A DNA stretch of 58,045 bases, the filler included, from Basidioascus undulatus (Eukaryota): the NCBI GenBank assembly GCA_000826855.1. It is 4 parts of 4 records of this genome, joined end to end, with 100 filler letters (N's around TTAATTAATTAA, not from the genome) between each part and the next. Parts side by side here need not be neighbours in the genome. Positions count along the whole stretch, not along the records: positions 1 to 14,447 come from JTLS01000727.1; positions 14,548 to 28,993 come from JTLS01000728.1; 2 more parts are not named here. One strand, given 5' to 3'. Position numbers and translations under genes: made by a program. The notes below the pieces were generated by a model. It did not search any database and had not been told where the DNA came from. It worked only from the letters and a program-made list of their open reading frames with translations. Position 1 is the stretch's first letter. Every line of letters starts with the position of its first letter. Of the stretch, positions 11,043-23,398 are shown in pieces.

Positions 11043-13061
11043 GGGAGTTGCCTGTTAGACCTACGGGCCGGGAAGGGACGCGAAGTTGCCCGATACTGTT
11101 GTTAGACATTCTTGTGGAAGTCTCGGATGTACTTCTTTAATTGTGGACGATTGTCACAGTCGCTGGGTTCACGCTGAGAGAACGTTGGACCGCTCTGCAG
11201 CTCCGCCTCGCCCTCGACTACAGTTTAAATTCGCCCACGAGTCCTCCAGCTCTTCTGCATCCTGGTGAGCTCGATGATGCGTCACGGTCGTTCAGCGTGA
11301 ATGCAAAGCCCACGCACAACGACAACGATGGGATCATCGCGATTAGAGATCAACATCACGGGTTGTGAGTGTAGAGTTGCGAAAGAGCCAGTTCAAGATG
11401 CGCGCCGGGAGAGGCGTGAAGGTGAAAGAAGGCAAGCAAGTTCGGAGCGACAGGACGACGGCGCGCAGCGACGCTGCGGCCCGCAACAAGACTGCCTGCT
11501 GCCTCGTTCGTAATTGTGGTCTTGGTAACCTTCTTCGCAGGTGTTGCTGAAATCCCATTACGTTGTTTCAAACTATTCATTGATCTTGTTTGCCCTCATG
11601 TCTAGCGACCGCCTATCAGCCAATCGGAACCAAGCTGCCGGCAGCTGAGTCCTTGGTTCGTATCAACCAAATATCCGCCGCAAACTTCACATCATGAGAA
11701 GAAAACACCATAATCATGTGTACGGAGCCAAGTCGTGAGGTTAACGACCGAATTTTGTGAAGGCCGCAATGGTGCTCGCTAGGGCTTGCGTTATGCCATG
11801 CTCACGCAGATAGAGCGAACTTGGCCAGCATGGTAAGAATAGGGGGCATTACCTGTATGGAACGGCTGAAAAACTCACCTCGAGGGTACTACTGAATACG
11901 AAAACAGGCTGTATTTAAGCAGTGCCAGTAAGGTCTCGTAGTGAATCACGCGACCTGCAAAAAGATCGTGGCGTAAGATCTTCTCTCATACAACGGAAGT
12001 TCGGTTACATACGCTTGAGCTTCTGATCTCCCCCCGACAACCGTACATAGCGCTCCCAGCCGAACTCCTTGTATCTGTGAACACCCCTTGTTCAGTTCTG
12101 ATCACAGGCCCTAGCCAAGCTTGCGCATAGGTTCGCACAGCTCCCAGCTGAATGCTCCGAGTAAGACTTGGGACAGCCCGACGACCGCAAGAATTATGAC
12201 TCTCATAGCTGGGATGAGAGAACCGTATCTAGAAAGAAGCGACGAACTCGCTTGCATCATGAAGTACTGTTTGAAGGGCAGGTGTAAGTGGTACCGTGGA
12301 CGCAACGAAAGCTTCGGTAACAGTGCTCGTGCCTGGATCACTGCGATGATGACGAGAAGGACGTTGAACAGGCAAGTTCCAACGCCAGGCGGGACAGCAT
12401 CAGCTGAAAGTTCGGGGACACGGTGGGATCCATGACTCACGCAACTGTGCAGCTTTTCGATGTCGCAAGCACTCAACAGCGAGAACGAGATGACAAATGT
12501 GGCCAAGGTAGAAGGTGGAGAAGTGGATTAACGTTGTGCTAGTGAGAGGCACCGTTTCCGTCTGCTTTGCCGAAGAAAGAGTACCCAGGCGGGCATGCGG
12601 TCGCGTCAGAGGGTGTGGACTGGGGTTCTACCAAGGCAAGGCCACCTCAAGATAGACGACGTTCTTCACAGTCGTATAAGCCGGACCATAGATATCTACA
12701 AACAAATCATACATGCTGTACAAGGCGTGCCATCCCCGCAAGTCAGTGATAGTGCCACGGCAAGCCAGACAGCTTGGTATGACCCAGGGCGGGTTCGCTG
12801 TCATTCGGAGTCCGGGATGCGGACAATCATCCCTTCCGACTCTGATGCCGAATCTAGGGGATAAATCTTGCCTTCTAGGTGATTTTGGACGGGGTGCAGA
12901 TGTGGACGTAAAACCTGTGTAAATTGGCCTCGGCGATGCGCTGCGTGCGCCGTACACCGCTGGTGCTTTTGTCGAGCTTTCGCTGTTGCCTTCTGCCCGC
13001 GCTCATCATCGCTTCCCCATTTAAGATTATTTCTGTTGCAACCTTATTGATAGAGCACACC

Positions 13062-13620
13062 ATGGAACCTACTATCGAGTCCCTCCTCCAGCGGGAGGAG
13101 TACCAGCGCCTGAGCCCGTCCGCACTCGCGGCGCTGCTGGAATTCCATGACGCCCGACTGCACGTGGACACGCCGTGGCTTTACCCCATCAACGTTCTCG
13201 TCTACTGCACAGTTATAGTACTATCATGCCTTTCTTCCGTAACCTGATGATGAGGCTGACTGATGTGCGGCGGTCGAAGTATGCCGGCGCTCGGCTCACC
13301 CGCTGGCTCTTCGGGCGGTACTAAACGTCGTTCCGCGATATAGGGGAGGAGCACAAGAAGACTTGCGTGATGTGTGTGTTTTCCTGTTTGCATTTCCCGA
13401 CTATAGCTTAAGCTTTCAAGTGAACGCTCCGCAGACATCCTCAACATAATCGCCACCACCGCCGCGCTCGACGTGCAGCTCTCCGCGTCCTCCGTGCTCG
13501 CCGAGCGGTACACCGTCCCCGTCGCGCGCTGTGAAAGTTATGATAAACACCGTCGCGACATGGTGGACGACCATCTGGAAGCGCATGCGGCGGTACACTA
13601 GCTCGAAGAGGTCTGCCGGC
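13062..13620 (+). pseudogene. Disrupted membrane-protein gene (TLC-like family inferred) with an in-frame stop and an inverted 3' piece
   Basis: Spliced + strand reads ...PINVL|YAGARLTRWLFGRY*TSFRDIGEEHKKTCVM|YILNIIATTAALDVQL (TAA at 13322). The expected continuation LFELVYRRMRFQMVVHHVATVFII is on the - strand at ~13533-13615. Confidence 0.5.
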
Positions 13621-14447
13621 CTAGTCAGATTCCTTCTCCCATTCCAGGTAAGAAATGACGAAGGTCGAGGTTGTGGAGTATGAAGTTGAACGCAGCTGGT
13701 ACAAGCTGGTAGTTACAGTGGCAGCACGCGTGCACCGCGGGATACAGAGGCTAGGGAGTTGTAGCTTCACAGCAAGGAAAGCCTCAGAAATATTTTGGTG
13801 GAATGTTTTATTAATATCCTGTATTAGGCCGTCTGCTCTGGAATGCGTGATGATCGTCGTTGTTACCGGCTGTTTGGCGCGCACCCTCTTCTCGATGACC
13901 CGAGATGCGCTCAGGCCAGGTGTCGTCGCCCTCCCTCTCCCACCCACTGCCATCTCATTTCTCGCTTCTCACATTTGTCAGTGCGCCGCCGGATCTGGCG
14001 CAGATATACGGCAGACCATGCCCAACGGCGACCGACCCGAGAGCCGCAGCGCCAGTGCCAGTGGGAGTGGGCAGGCGGCGGATAAGGTGCGCCTGCTGTC
14101 TGCTGGCCTTGCCCTCTTCCCCGGCAATCGAGCGGGAGGCTGATGATAAAAGGTGGATAATGGTGCATAGTTATCGGTGTCTAGTAAACCGTTGCGCGCT
14201 AAGCCTACGCGCCGGCGCAGTCTGAGGCGGCCTGTGCCGCCGAGCGAGGAGGACGACCTCGCTGAGCTGGAGGACTGGGCTTGTGTCGAGGTGCGTGTGC
14301 TTTCCAGACTGCAGAGCCATCCAATGGGGCTTAGGAATGGGTATTCTGCAGCCCCGAATCCGACACCTCACAGCGATCCACGTCCCAGTCACCTTCTACA
14401 ATGTGTCCGACGGAGACGCTCCCTACCGGAACCGACCCTCTACGTTC

Positions 14448-14547
14448 NNNNNNNNNNNNNNNNNNNNNNNNNNNNNNNNNNNNNNNNNNNNTTAATTAAT
14501 TAANNNNNNNNNNNNNNNNNNNNNNNNNNNNNNNNNNNNNNNNNNNN
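14448..14547. other. Assembly gap linker
   Basis: N44-TTAATTAATTAA-N44, which puts stop codons in all frames; identical at all three gaps. Confidence 0.98.
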
Positions 14548-14939
14548 AGGGGGGATCGGAGAGAGTACACGGCGATCGCTGAGCGTGAAAGGTGGCTCGC
14601 AGCGCTTTCAGAACTGATTTCGAGTTTCTGAGGCACCGCCCAGCGTCTTCCAGTGAAGATCACCAAAGATCAACCTTGAGAACCCTTCAAGGCCGACGAT
14701 CTCGTCAAGACCGCCCCGGTGCCTCGCCCCCCCTTCCGACCTCCGCGGCACTCTCAGCAAGCTCGCAGACATCAGACGGCAGCTACTCACACGCTCGCAG
14801 CATCGTTCGCCTTCTTGCCCGCAGTGATAAAGCGCTGCTGCTGGGCAAGGGCGCGGGTCGCCCAAGCGCGGGCAGACGCGGGCCTGGAGAGGCCGGCGAT
14901 GCGGAGGACCGGAGAGGCGGCGGCGGCGGGGGAGCGCAT
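14548..14939 (-). CDS. 5' exons of a probable mitochondrially targeted protein, cut by the gap
   Basis: MRSPAAAASPVLRIAGLSRPASARAWATRALAQQQRFITAGKK is Arg/Ala/Ser-rich with no acidic residues, typical of a presequence. It is followed by intron-like sequence and runs into the gap. Confidence 0.4.
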
Positions 14940-15776
14940 GGTGGTGGATCGGAGGCGAGGGAGAGTCTCTGCCTTGCCGGGGAACAGAGAGAGACGCGGG
15001 AGGAAGGCGGACGGAAGGGAAGAGAAGAGAGGAGGCGGCCAACAGATGCGAGTGGGAAGGGCAAAGGACGAATGAGTCGACGAACGGCGAAATCACAAGG
15101 GAGAAGGCAGCGCCGGTGGAGGGGGCAAATTCGAGTCAGATTCAATACAACACTTGTGAGGGAAGGCGAGTAATACACTAGTGGGAGAGATGCCCGATTA
15201 TTCCGAGCCACGGCTTGCTTCGGCGTCGAGACGCAGAAGCCGCGTCCCGCCGGTGCTGGAAGGATGTTCCGTGGACAAGGGGCGGGAAGACGACCACGAG
15301 GACTTCAAGGGACCTGCTCAAACCTGCTAACGCTCAATCCTGTCTTCAATGATACCAATTTTTTGAACTATCCAAGGAAATTGTTGCTCAACTGCTCACA
15401 AACGTCCAATGTACCCACCTGTGAGCGAGCGAGACGGCCTCTCCGAAGACTGCTGAAACGCCGCGGCTTCCAGTCTTCTTCACTCCGCTATCAACAACAT
15501 CTGAGAGGGTCAACTTGCTCCTCTAATTCTCCGGACCTCTTTTCTTATCTATCCTTCCAATCAAAATCCAGTGTTCATATCGACCAGGTCAGCATGCTCC
15601 TGCGGAGAATGTTGACACTGACAGCCAGCGACAGGCGGGCGCGACCTCTCAGAATTCCCACGCGCTCGAAATTTGGGCGGCGACTTTGGGCTTCGCGCTG
15701 TTTGCCCTGCATCGTCTACCCATCCGAGCTCATCCCATCTTAATTCGCATCGCACACTCACAGGCGTACGGACACC

Positions 15777-17146
15777 ATGCCCGTGTCGATATACCGCCGC
15801 CCCGGCACGCAGCGGTTCCAGCTCGTGCACCGCTCCCAGCGCGACCCGCTCATCCACGACCCTGAGGCGGGGGCGGGCGTGTTCAAGGAGATTGAAGGGC
15901 GGGGAGAGAAGGGCAAGGGCAAGGGCAAGGAGCGGGTGCGTTGTTTTCTTTCCAGTTCTTATCCGAGGGGAAGGGAAAGAACGCTGACGATGGTGTGGGG
16001 TGGGTGACAGGCCGTCGAGAGCGGGCGGAAGAACGAGCCTGGCGAAGCGGCCAACTACGGCATCTACTTCGACGACTCGGAGTACGACTACATGCAGCAC
16101 CTGCGTACCGTCGGGGAGGGCGACGAGTCGGGCGAACCGATCGACAGCGTCCTGATCCCCGCCCCCTCCACCTCTCGCCCGAAGCCGGCCCCAAGCGGGG
16201 GTTTCGCCCTGCGCGAGCGGACCTTCCAAGAGACGCTCGACGCGCAGCTGGCGATTCCTGCGGAGCTGCAGGGCCTGCAGCCAGACATGGACCCCGCGCT
16301 GCGGCAGACGCTCGAGGCGCTCGAGGACGACGCGTTCCTGATGGAGGACCCGGGATCGGACGACGGCGCGGACGACGACGAGGAGGGCGACGACTGGTTC
16401 GGGGCGCTTGTGTCCGGGGGACAGCGCGCGCTGGGGGAGGCGCTGGACTTCGGGGACGAGGAGGACGGGGGGGAGGAGGACGAGTATACGGAGGAGCAAC
16501 TCGCGCGCGATGCAGCGTCGGACGACTGGCAGGCCCGCTTCAAGGCGTTTAAGGCCGCGCAGAAGCGCGCTGAGACGTCGCCGCCTGCGAGCGAGCTCCC
16601 CGAGAGCGAGCTGGACTACGCGCGCTCGGAGGGCGGAGACACGCTCGCGAGTCTGCGCAGCCGCGGGGCGTTTGGGGCGGCGCGCACGCTGCGCAAGGCC
16701 CGCAGGGCGGGCTCTGACGCGAGTGGGTACAGCATGAGCAGCTCGAGCATGTTTAGGAACGATGGCTTGCGCGGGCTGGACGACCGGTTCGATAAGGTCC
16801 GTTCTTTCATCCTTGCCAGCCTCTCCACCTCCACCCCTCCCTCTCGCATCCCCACTTTCCCATTCACTCCGGCATCCCTCGTTCCGAGCCTTATTGCTGT
16901 TGATGGGCCCGCAGATCGAGGAAGAGTACCTCGACGAGGACGAAGAAGAAGACGAGGACGAAGACGATGACGCCGCGCCCTCGCGCGAGGACTTCTCCGC
17001 GATCCTGGACGACTTCCTGGATAACTACGAAGTCCTTGGGGGGAAGATGCGCCCAAAGCTGGCGGGGCAGACGGGCGCGGAGAAGCTCGACACCTTCCGC
17101 CGGGCGATGGCCGGGCTGGACCTCCAGGACGCGGAGGAGGCCGCGG
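15777..17146 (+). CDS. LTV1: Ltv1 40S ribosome biogenesis factor, 3'-truncated
   Basis: N-terminal FQLVHRSQRDPLIHD, GEAANYGIYFDDSEYDYMQHLR, GLQPDMDPALRQTLEALEDDAF and YSMSSSSMFRNDGLRGLDDRFDK. The conserved C-terminal part is absent. Confidence 0.92.
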
Positions 17147-17180
17147 ATGGGAGGGGGAAGGAGGGGGAGTGGAGACGGAC

Positions 17181-18342
17181 CCATTCGCCTGTCTCTTGGT
17201 TCATCCATTCGGCGCAGATGTGCATGGAGATGGAGGAGTGGAGGCCTGGAGGGAGCGGTGTTAGAGGGGAGGAGAATGAGCAGCTCGCCCGCCAGACAGA
17301 CTCACCCGAAATGAGCTTGTAATACACCCTCTTCTCCAGACACACCTCCCCCTCCTCCGCCCCCGCCTCAAAAGCCCTCTCCAGCCCGGCCCCGCCCCGC
17401 CCCAAGCTACCCCCCGCGCCGACAAGCATCCCCTGCGCGGCGGGGGCCTGGCTGACAAACTCCTTACTGTCGCCACGGCCGGCGGAGGCAAAGTGCTCGG
17501 CGACGCCGAAGCAGTTCTCGCGGTAGATGGCGGACCAGACGCGCTGGGCGGACTCGCCCGCGTATCCGGTGAACCGCTCGGGGTTTACTGCGAGGTCGAC
17601 GTACTGCCCCGTGGGGGAGGCGTCGTCGGGGAGGAAGCAGAAGTCGGACGAGCGCGGGGCGCAGGAGGACTGGGGGGGAAGTAAGCTCCTCGCTGTCTTT
17701 GGGTAGGGCCATTGGAGAGGACGCACGACGGGGTCGGAGGAGTGCACGGAGGACACGGAGGAGAGCGCTTGGGCTCGCCATTTCTCGGGAATGTTGGACT
17801 GCAGGTACGAGGGGGGATCAGTCCAGCGGAGGAGGATGGAGATGGGGCAGCCACACTCACCTCGTCCTCGACCGTCTCGATCCCGCAATTCCGGTTCATG
17901 CACAGCCCATTCTCATACCAAAACGGACAGTCCTCAAACAGATCCACCTTCATCGCCATCCATCCCCTCGAGTCAGCCACACAGTACAGCCTCCACCCAC
18001 CCGCCCACCGCAACGCACCTTGAAGTACCGAAAGAACGGCTGATCGACTAGCTCATGCAGCAGCGGATATATCCGCTCATTGACATCCTCCAGCGTCTCG
18101 TACGCGCAGCAGGCATCTTCGATCTGGCCTGAGGGCTGTCCGGGAGGAAGGCGGTCCTCAGTCAGCACGGGCGGAGGAGGCTGGTCGAGCAGACGCACAC
18201 TGCAGTACCCACGCCCAGCATCCACCTGCTCGAGGACGTTCTTGACCTGCCTCGAGATAGGCTTGGAGGAGGATGGCGGGGAGGAGGAGGCGGCGGCGAG
18301 GGAGGAAGCGAGGATGGCGAGGAGTGGGGCGGGGAGGAGCAT
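17181..18342 (-). CDS. ERO1: ER oxidoreductin Ero1, 3'-truncated
   Basis: Signal peptide, PSGQIEDACC, FFRYFK|VDLFEDCPFWYENGLCMNRNC, YVDLAVNPERFTGYAG, VWSAIYRENCF and CLEKRVYYKLISG|LHSSISMHIC. It stops at ETGEW, before the C-terminal CxxCxxC active-site region. Confidence 0.93.
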
Positions 18343-18967
18343 CGCGGAGGCCGCCTGCGGTCTGCGCTATGAGGATTCGAATAGTGAGTTGGGTGGGATG
18401 GAGGTGGTGTAGATTCAAGAATTATTTGATGGATTATTATAGGATTAAATGTGCATTTGGAGATGAGGTGAGGAGAAGGACACGGTCGACGTGGAACTTG
18501 GATTTGGATGCTGAGTCCGATGGAAGCAAGTGTGGGAACCGAGAGGGGACGAGAAGCCGGATGCAGGTGTGCCGGTTCGCTTGCTTTCGCTTGCCAGAAA
18601 CAACACTGAAAACAAAACCGGTTTCGGCAGTCGATGCATGGTGTGCATCAACGTTTAGTTCAAGTTCCAAGTTCGTCAACGTCTCCATCTGCAAAGTCGC
18701 AGCAGCTACACTGGCAATTCGAAAGAATCCCCAGGACACCGGAACCACAAAAGACACCGAGAGGGACATGGTAAGAGGAGCAAGGCGGAGCGAAGGTGTA
18801 GGGCGGAGCGTACGGATGGAAGCCGATAGGGATCAAAGGCTGGGAGGGAGCCAGGGGAGATTGGGAGAGGACGACAGCACAAAGCCATGTTCGCGCATAA
18901 GAGAGGTGGTAGGATAGGAAATGGGGTAACAGAGACAGAGAAAACGCGAATCCCTCGGGCCACCACC

Positions 18968-20526
18968 CTACGTCTGCGACGGCTGCGGCGGCAGGTGATG
19001 ATGGAGCTGCGAGTAGAGTTCCCGCTCCGCCCCGCGCTCCGTGACCGTCTCGCTCTCCTCGAGCCTCATCTCCTCCGCGCGCTTCCCACCTCCCGCTCCC
19101 CCTCCCGCAGCCCCACTCCCAGTCCCACCCCCCGCTCCACTACCAGGGCTGGCCGGCGCCGACGGCGACAAGCTGACTGCCGACGAGCCCGCCCCGCCAT
19201 CGACCGCCAGGCTCCCCAGCCGCGCCTCCAGGCCCTTCCCCAGGAAGTCGACCATGCTCGGCGAGGGCGAGTGCGAGTGCGCGTGCGGCGGGGCGAGGGG
19301 CGAGTGTGCGCTCTGCGGGGGGGGCGGGTTCTGGATCGCCAGGTTGAGGGGGAGCGCCGAGGTGGGGCGCTCGGCGATCACGTCCCCGTAGGAGAGGAAC
19401 GAGATCCGGCGCGAGGAGGTTGATGACTTGTCATCCCGCGAGGGAGAGTGCGCGTGCGCGTGACGCGGGACGGGCGAGAGTGCCGGAGGGGGGAGCGGGG
19501 CGTCTGCGAGCGGTGGTGGGGAGCCGGAGGAGGACGTCGGCGGGGAGAGGGGGAGGAAGCCGCTTGTGATGCCGAGGGTCGAGGGCGGGGCCGCCGCCCC
19601 TCCCACAAGGGAGACAGGCGAGAGCGGCACGCCCGGCGGGGGCGGGCTGGGCGTGAAAGCGCGCGCGGAGAGCGCAGGCGAGCGGGACGAGTCGGCGAAG
19701 GACCCTGTAGGCGAGGTGCTCCGCCCCAGCGCGCTCATGCTCCTGCCCCACTCGGGCGCGTACGGCTGCGGGGCGGTCTGGAGCACCTCGACGCCTGAGC
19801 CGGACTCGTCAAACGCCAGCGCTTCGGCGGCGCCGTCCAAGACGGGCGCCGTGCCCAGGTCGGTCGCTTCGCGCGCGCCTAGGAAGCCGGAGTGGATTGC
19901 GTGCGTGGGCTCGATATCTGGCAACGTGAAGGGGTTGTTAGATGTTTTTTCATAAACAATGGCAGAAAGAAGGCAGGAAGAACACCCACCCCTCTCAAAG
20001 ATACTCGCCGCCGAGCTCGAGCGGATCGAGCTCGTCGGGCTAGGCGGTCCAGTCGGCCCGGGAGACGTAGGGAGGAGGAGCTTGGACGGCCGGTGGAACG
20101 GCGAATTAGGCCTGCTCCGGCTCTGTGCGCGGCTGGAGGGGCGCGATTGCGAGTTGGGCGAGCGCGAGCGCGGCGGCTCCGGAGAGGCGGGGGTGGGTTG
20201 TGCTGGGGATGACGAGGCGGAGGATTGGGGCGGCGGGAAGAGGTGCGTCGGTTTAGGCTGGGGATGGGGGGAGGAGGAGGAGGAGGCAGGGGGGAAGGGC
20301 GGCGAGATGGGCAAGGAAGCGGGGGATTCTGTTGCAGCGGGATTGGCTGGTGAGAACGGGAAGGCGTCAGCATCGAATCCTGAGACTGATCTCGTACTCA
20401 ACCCCATGGTTTCTGAATCTCCCAGCCACATCCATCGAGCTCACGACACTGACCCGGACTGGCACCCCCCGCAAGCAAGCTGCTCGCCCCGCTCGAAGAG
20501 CCGCTCGTCTGCGCCGAGCTCGTCAT
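18968..20526 (-). CDS. Ser/Pro-rich uncharacterised fungal protein
   Basis: Long GC3-rich ORF with two GT-AG introns. Short non-repetitive islands ASIFER|DIEP and RRISFLSYGDVI sit within low-complexity sequence. Start ATG at 20526 is inferred. Confidence 0.7.
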
Positions 20527-22481
20527 CCTCGTCGTTGTCGCCGTCGTCCTCGTTGTCGTCTGCTGATATTATCGATTACGAAATATGTTGTGGCGCGAGA
20601 GTAAGGTCGAGTAGTCGAGTGTCGAGGATTAGATGGTCGTAAGAGCAAGAGAGGGCGAGTGGGAGGGCGCAAGGGGTTCGGGTTCGGCCCACACGCGTCA
20701 CGCTCAAGAGGCCCGACAGGCCGAATGCGGGGCAGGGCTCAGCCCGCTAACTCGTATGGTATTTATGGTACTAGTACTGCACCAACGCACCGTTGTTGGG
20801 AAAGACGAGGGATAAGGGTTTCATATCACATTTTTCTGCGGTATAGACGAAATGCGATATGAAGGAGAAAGGGGCGGAGGACCGAAGGGGCCTGCGCTCG
20901 CACGGCACAGCTTTGGGAGGCGAGAGAGCATTGTGCCACAGGGGTTTGCGCCCAAACCGCACAGGAGCATATTTTCCATCTGAAGATAGCGGATCCGGTG
21001 GCAGAGATGTGCGCGGGCTGGTTGTAGATGCGAGCGCAACATGGAGGCTGGGCAAATTGTGTGACTAGCTGGCAACAGAGCAGGTTTCGCCCGCCTTAAG
21101 CATTTGCGCTTTCGCATTAATTTACAGGTATCGCTTCTCTCGTGACTGGAGGAGGAGGAGCACCACCAAGGGCGAGAGATCCACGCCGGCCGCGGTGTGT
21201 GTACAAGTAGACTGCACTGGCTGAGCAGGCGTGTGGTGAGATGGGAGACGAACGTTTAAGCTGCGGCCTGCCTGGTAGATTGGAGGGCCCTGTGGATGGA
21301 CATTGCGGTTCAGGCATTGAAAGTAGGTTGTGAAGTGGTATGCCGGGCACACGCTTCTCAGCTCAGCGAGTCGGCAGTGACTTTCATCTGCAACACCCCC
21401 TCAGCGCTTGTCGCCATATCTGCTAGCAACGTTTCACACTTCCAACCTTTTACATTTCAACTACCAAGTACATTTATTTTAGTTTTGTAAACGTGTGTTC
21501 AACAGCAGAGGAAACAGATACGCAATTGCACCGTGGCATTGCTGCCAGTGCGTGCTTCCAGCGGCTGCAGTGTGGTTGGTAGGACATTCAGCACACCGGT
21601 CGCTCTCCCAGGCATCTATGCCTTAGTTATTTACTTGCCCGTGTGTTGACCAACAGTTCGCCCGCTAACCAAGCTGCGGGAGTGGTTGGCATCAAGACAT
21701 GATCCGCCGGATGTCCAGTCATCCCAATAGTATACTCAGGTGGAAGCAAACAGACTATCTCGATGAACGTGGTGCATACGTCGTGGTGCGGTGCACAACG
21801 GAGATACGGGGAGGACAGGCTGTGAGTACGGTGCCATGCAGCTGCTTGCCGAGCGCGAGAGGAACCGCTGAACGGCAGTTCAAAGTGGGAGGGCCTTCCT
21901 GAAGCACACTCAATACCTTGTGATGTGACCGACTTTCTGTCTGTGGACCCGAACGGCATTTTCCAGACTAGTCAGAGGCTCCTTGCTTGGCTTCAGCTGT
22001 CAAGGCCGCCTAATTTTCCCAGAAGAGCCTCAGGACCAGCTCTTCAAACCCATGTATGAGGCCTTATCCACATCAGGTCATTGCACAGACCACCCGGAGG
22101 ACTGTCCAGCTGCAAGCTGGCCTACGGAAGCCCTCATCAGCCACCTGCTGCTACTCTACACCCCTTTTCCTCGACCGGCCCATGGATACACTCTATAATC
22201 ACGCAACAACACATTCTGTCGGACTGGCATCCGATAACGCTCGACTGGCCCATGAGATCCGAACCGGGTATACGATGTGTTTGCGGAACGGCCTGAGGCA
22301 AGTGGGTTCTGGCTCGCTCACTCAGCGATCGGCGCTCTCAAATTCCACATCCCATGTTCAGTCCAGCCACTACGGTCCAAGCATCCCTAACAGCCCTGTC
22401 ATTCAACGCAAAACCAGTCACAAAGTATCAGCCCGTCCCCACCCAACTGAGCCACCCTTGCAATCTGCACCGAACGCGGCC

Positions 22482-23398
22482 TCACGAGCTCATGGAGTAC
22501 CGCCTCTTCCCGCCCGTGGGCCTCTGCGTGAAGGCAGCCCCGCCCTGCGCACAAATGGCATCGACAGTGCTCGAACCCTCATCGACACGAGCCGCGGGCT
22601 CGTTGAGAGCGCTCTGGTAGAGCTCGACAGCAGGCGTGATGGTAGCGACAGTCGCTGCGAGGATCTTGACGGCCGTGTCGAGGCGCTCGACTTCAGTCGC
22701 GGTGTTGTTGACGGTTTTCGAGAGGGTCTGGACAGAGTTGGCGAGAGCGTCGATGGTAGTTTCAATGTCGCCGAGAGTACTCTGGAGTTCGAGCGCGGCA
22801 GTCGCATCGGTCGACACGGCACCCTCGAGGCGGCCGACGGTAGTCCGTAGCGCGCTGACGGCCTTCTCGACAATACCGATAGGCTCCTGGAGGGTGTCAA
22901 CAGTCCCCTTGGCATTGTCGGTCGCGGTCCCGATCTCTTCAACGGTAGTCTGGGTTGCAGTGAGCGACTCCCTGAGCGTGTCGGCAGAAGGCAGGTCGGG
23001 GTCAGAGCGCAGGAGGGATCCCCTCGCTGTTGGTTCTTCAGCCCAGAGGCTAGGCCTCTCAGCTCCATGTTGCGCTTGTCATCGACCCAAAAGATCCGCT
23101 TTGCGTAGTGATCGAAGTCCGCGAGGGTCAGCGGCACAGCCGTGGCCTTCTGGATAGCCCGGAGAACGAGCAGCGCGATGACGAGGAGGGACGCGAAGGG
23201 GAGACAGATGGACGCTCCGAGGGCTTTGTTCAACGCCACCCAGGCAAGAGCGAGAAGGATGAGTACGGCAGGCCTGTTTTGGATGCACCAGGGTCAGAAA
23301 CTGAGCTATGACGGTAGTGAGTTCGCGGAGAAGGATAGACCGCACGGGAGAATGAGCTCCCGAGCCCAACGAAGACCGTGCTCCCACGTTACAGGCAT
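22482..23398 (-). CDS. Putative membrane-anchored long coiled-coil protein (frame break near 23050-23105)
   Basis: MPVTWEHGLRWARELILP|PAVLILLALAWVALNKALGASICLPFASLLVIALLVLRA has two hydrophobic segments. A ~170-aa Thr/Ala/Val heptad-like region (LQSTLGDIETTIDALANSVQTLSKTVNNTATEVERLDTAVKIL) follows in a different frame. Confidence 0.45.

Noticed and set aside
12111..12506. Hydrophobic 131-aa ORF on the - strand, possibly part of a multi-pass membrane protein gene
   Set aside because: No recognisable motif, and I could not build a consistent exon chain.
14492..14503. TTAATTAATTAA palindrome repeated three times in the window
   Set aside because: Always centred in N44 flanks, so it is an artificial scaffold linker, not biology.
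15561..17056. Long antisense/alternative-frame ORFs over LTV1 (similarly over PPH3, TRA1, HSV2 and the 25-26 kb gene)
   Set aside because: Expected shadow ORFs of GC3-rich coding sequence; the translations are R/A/G/P-rich without motifs.
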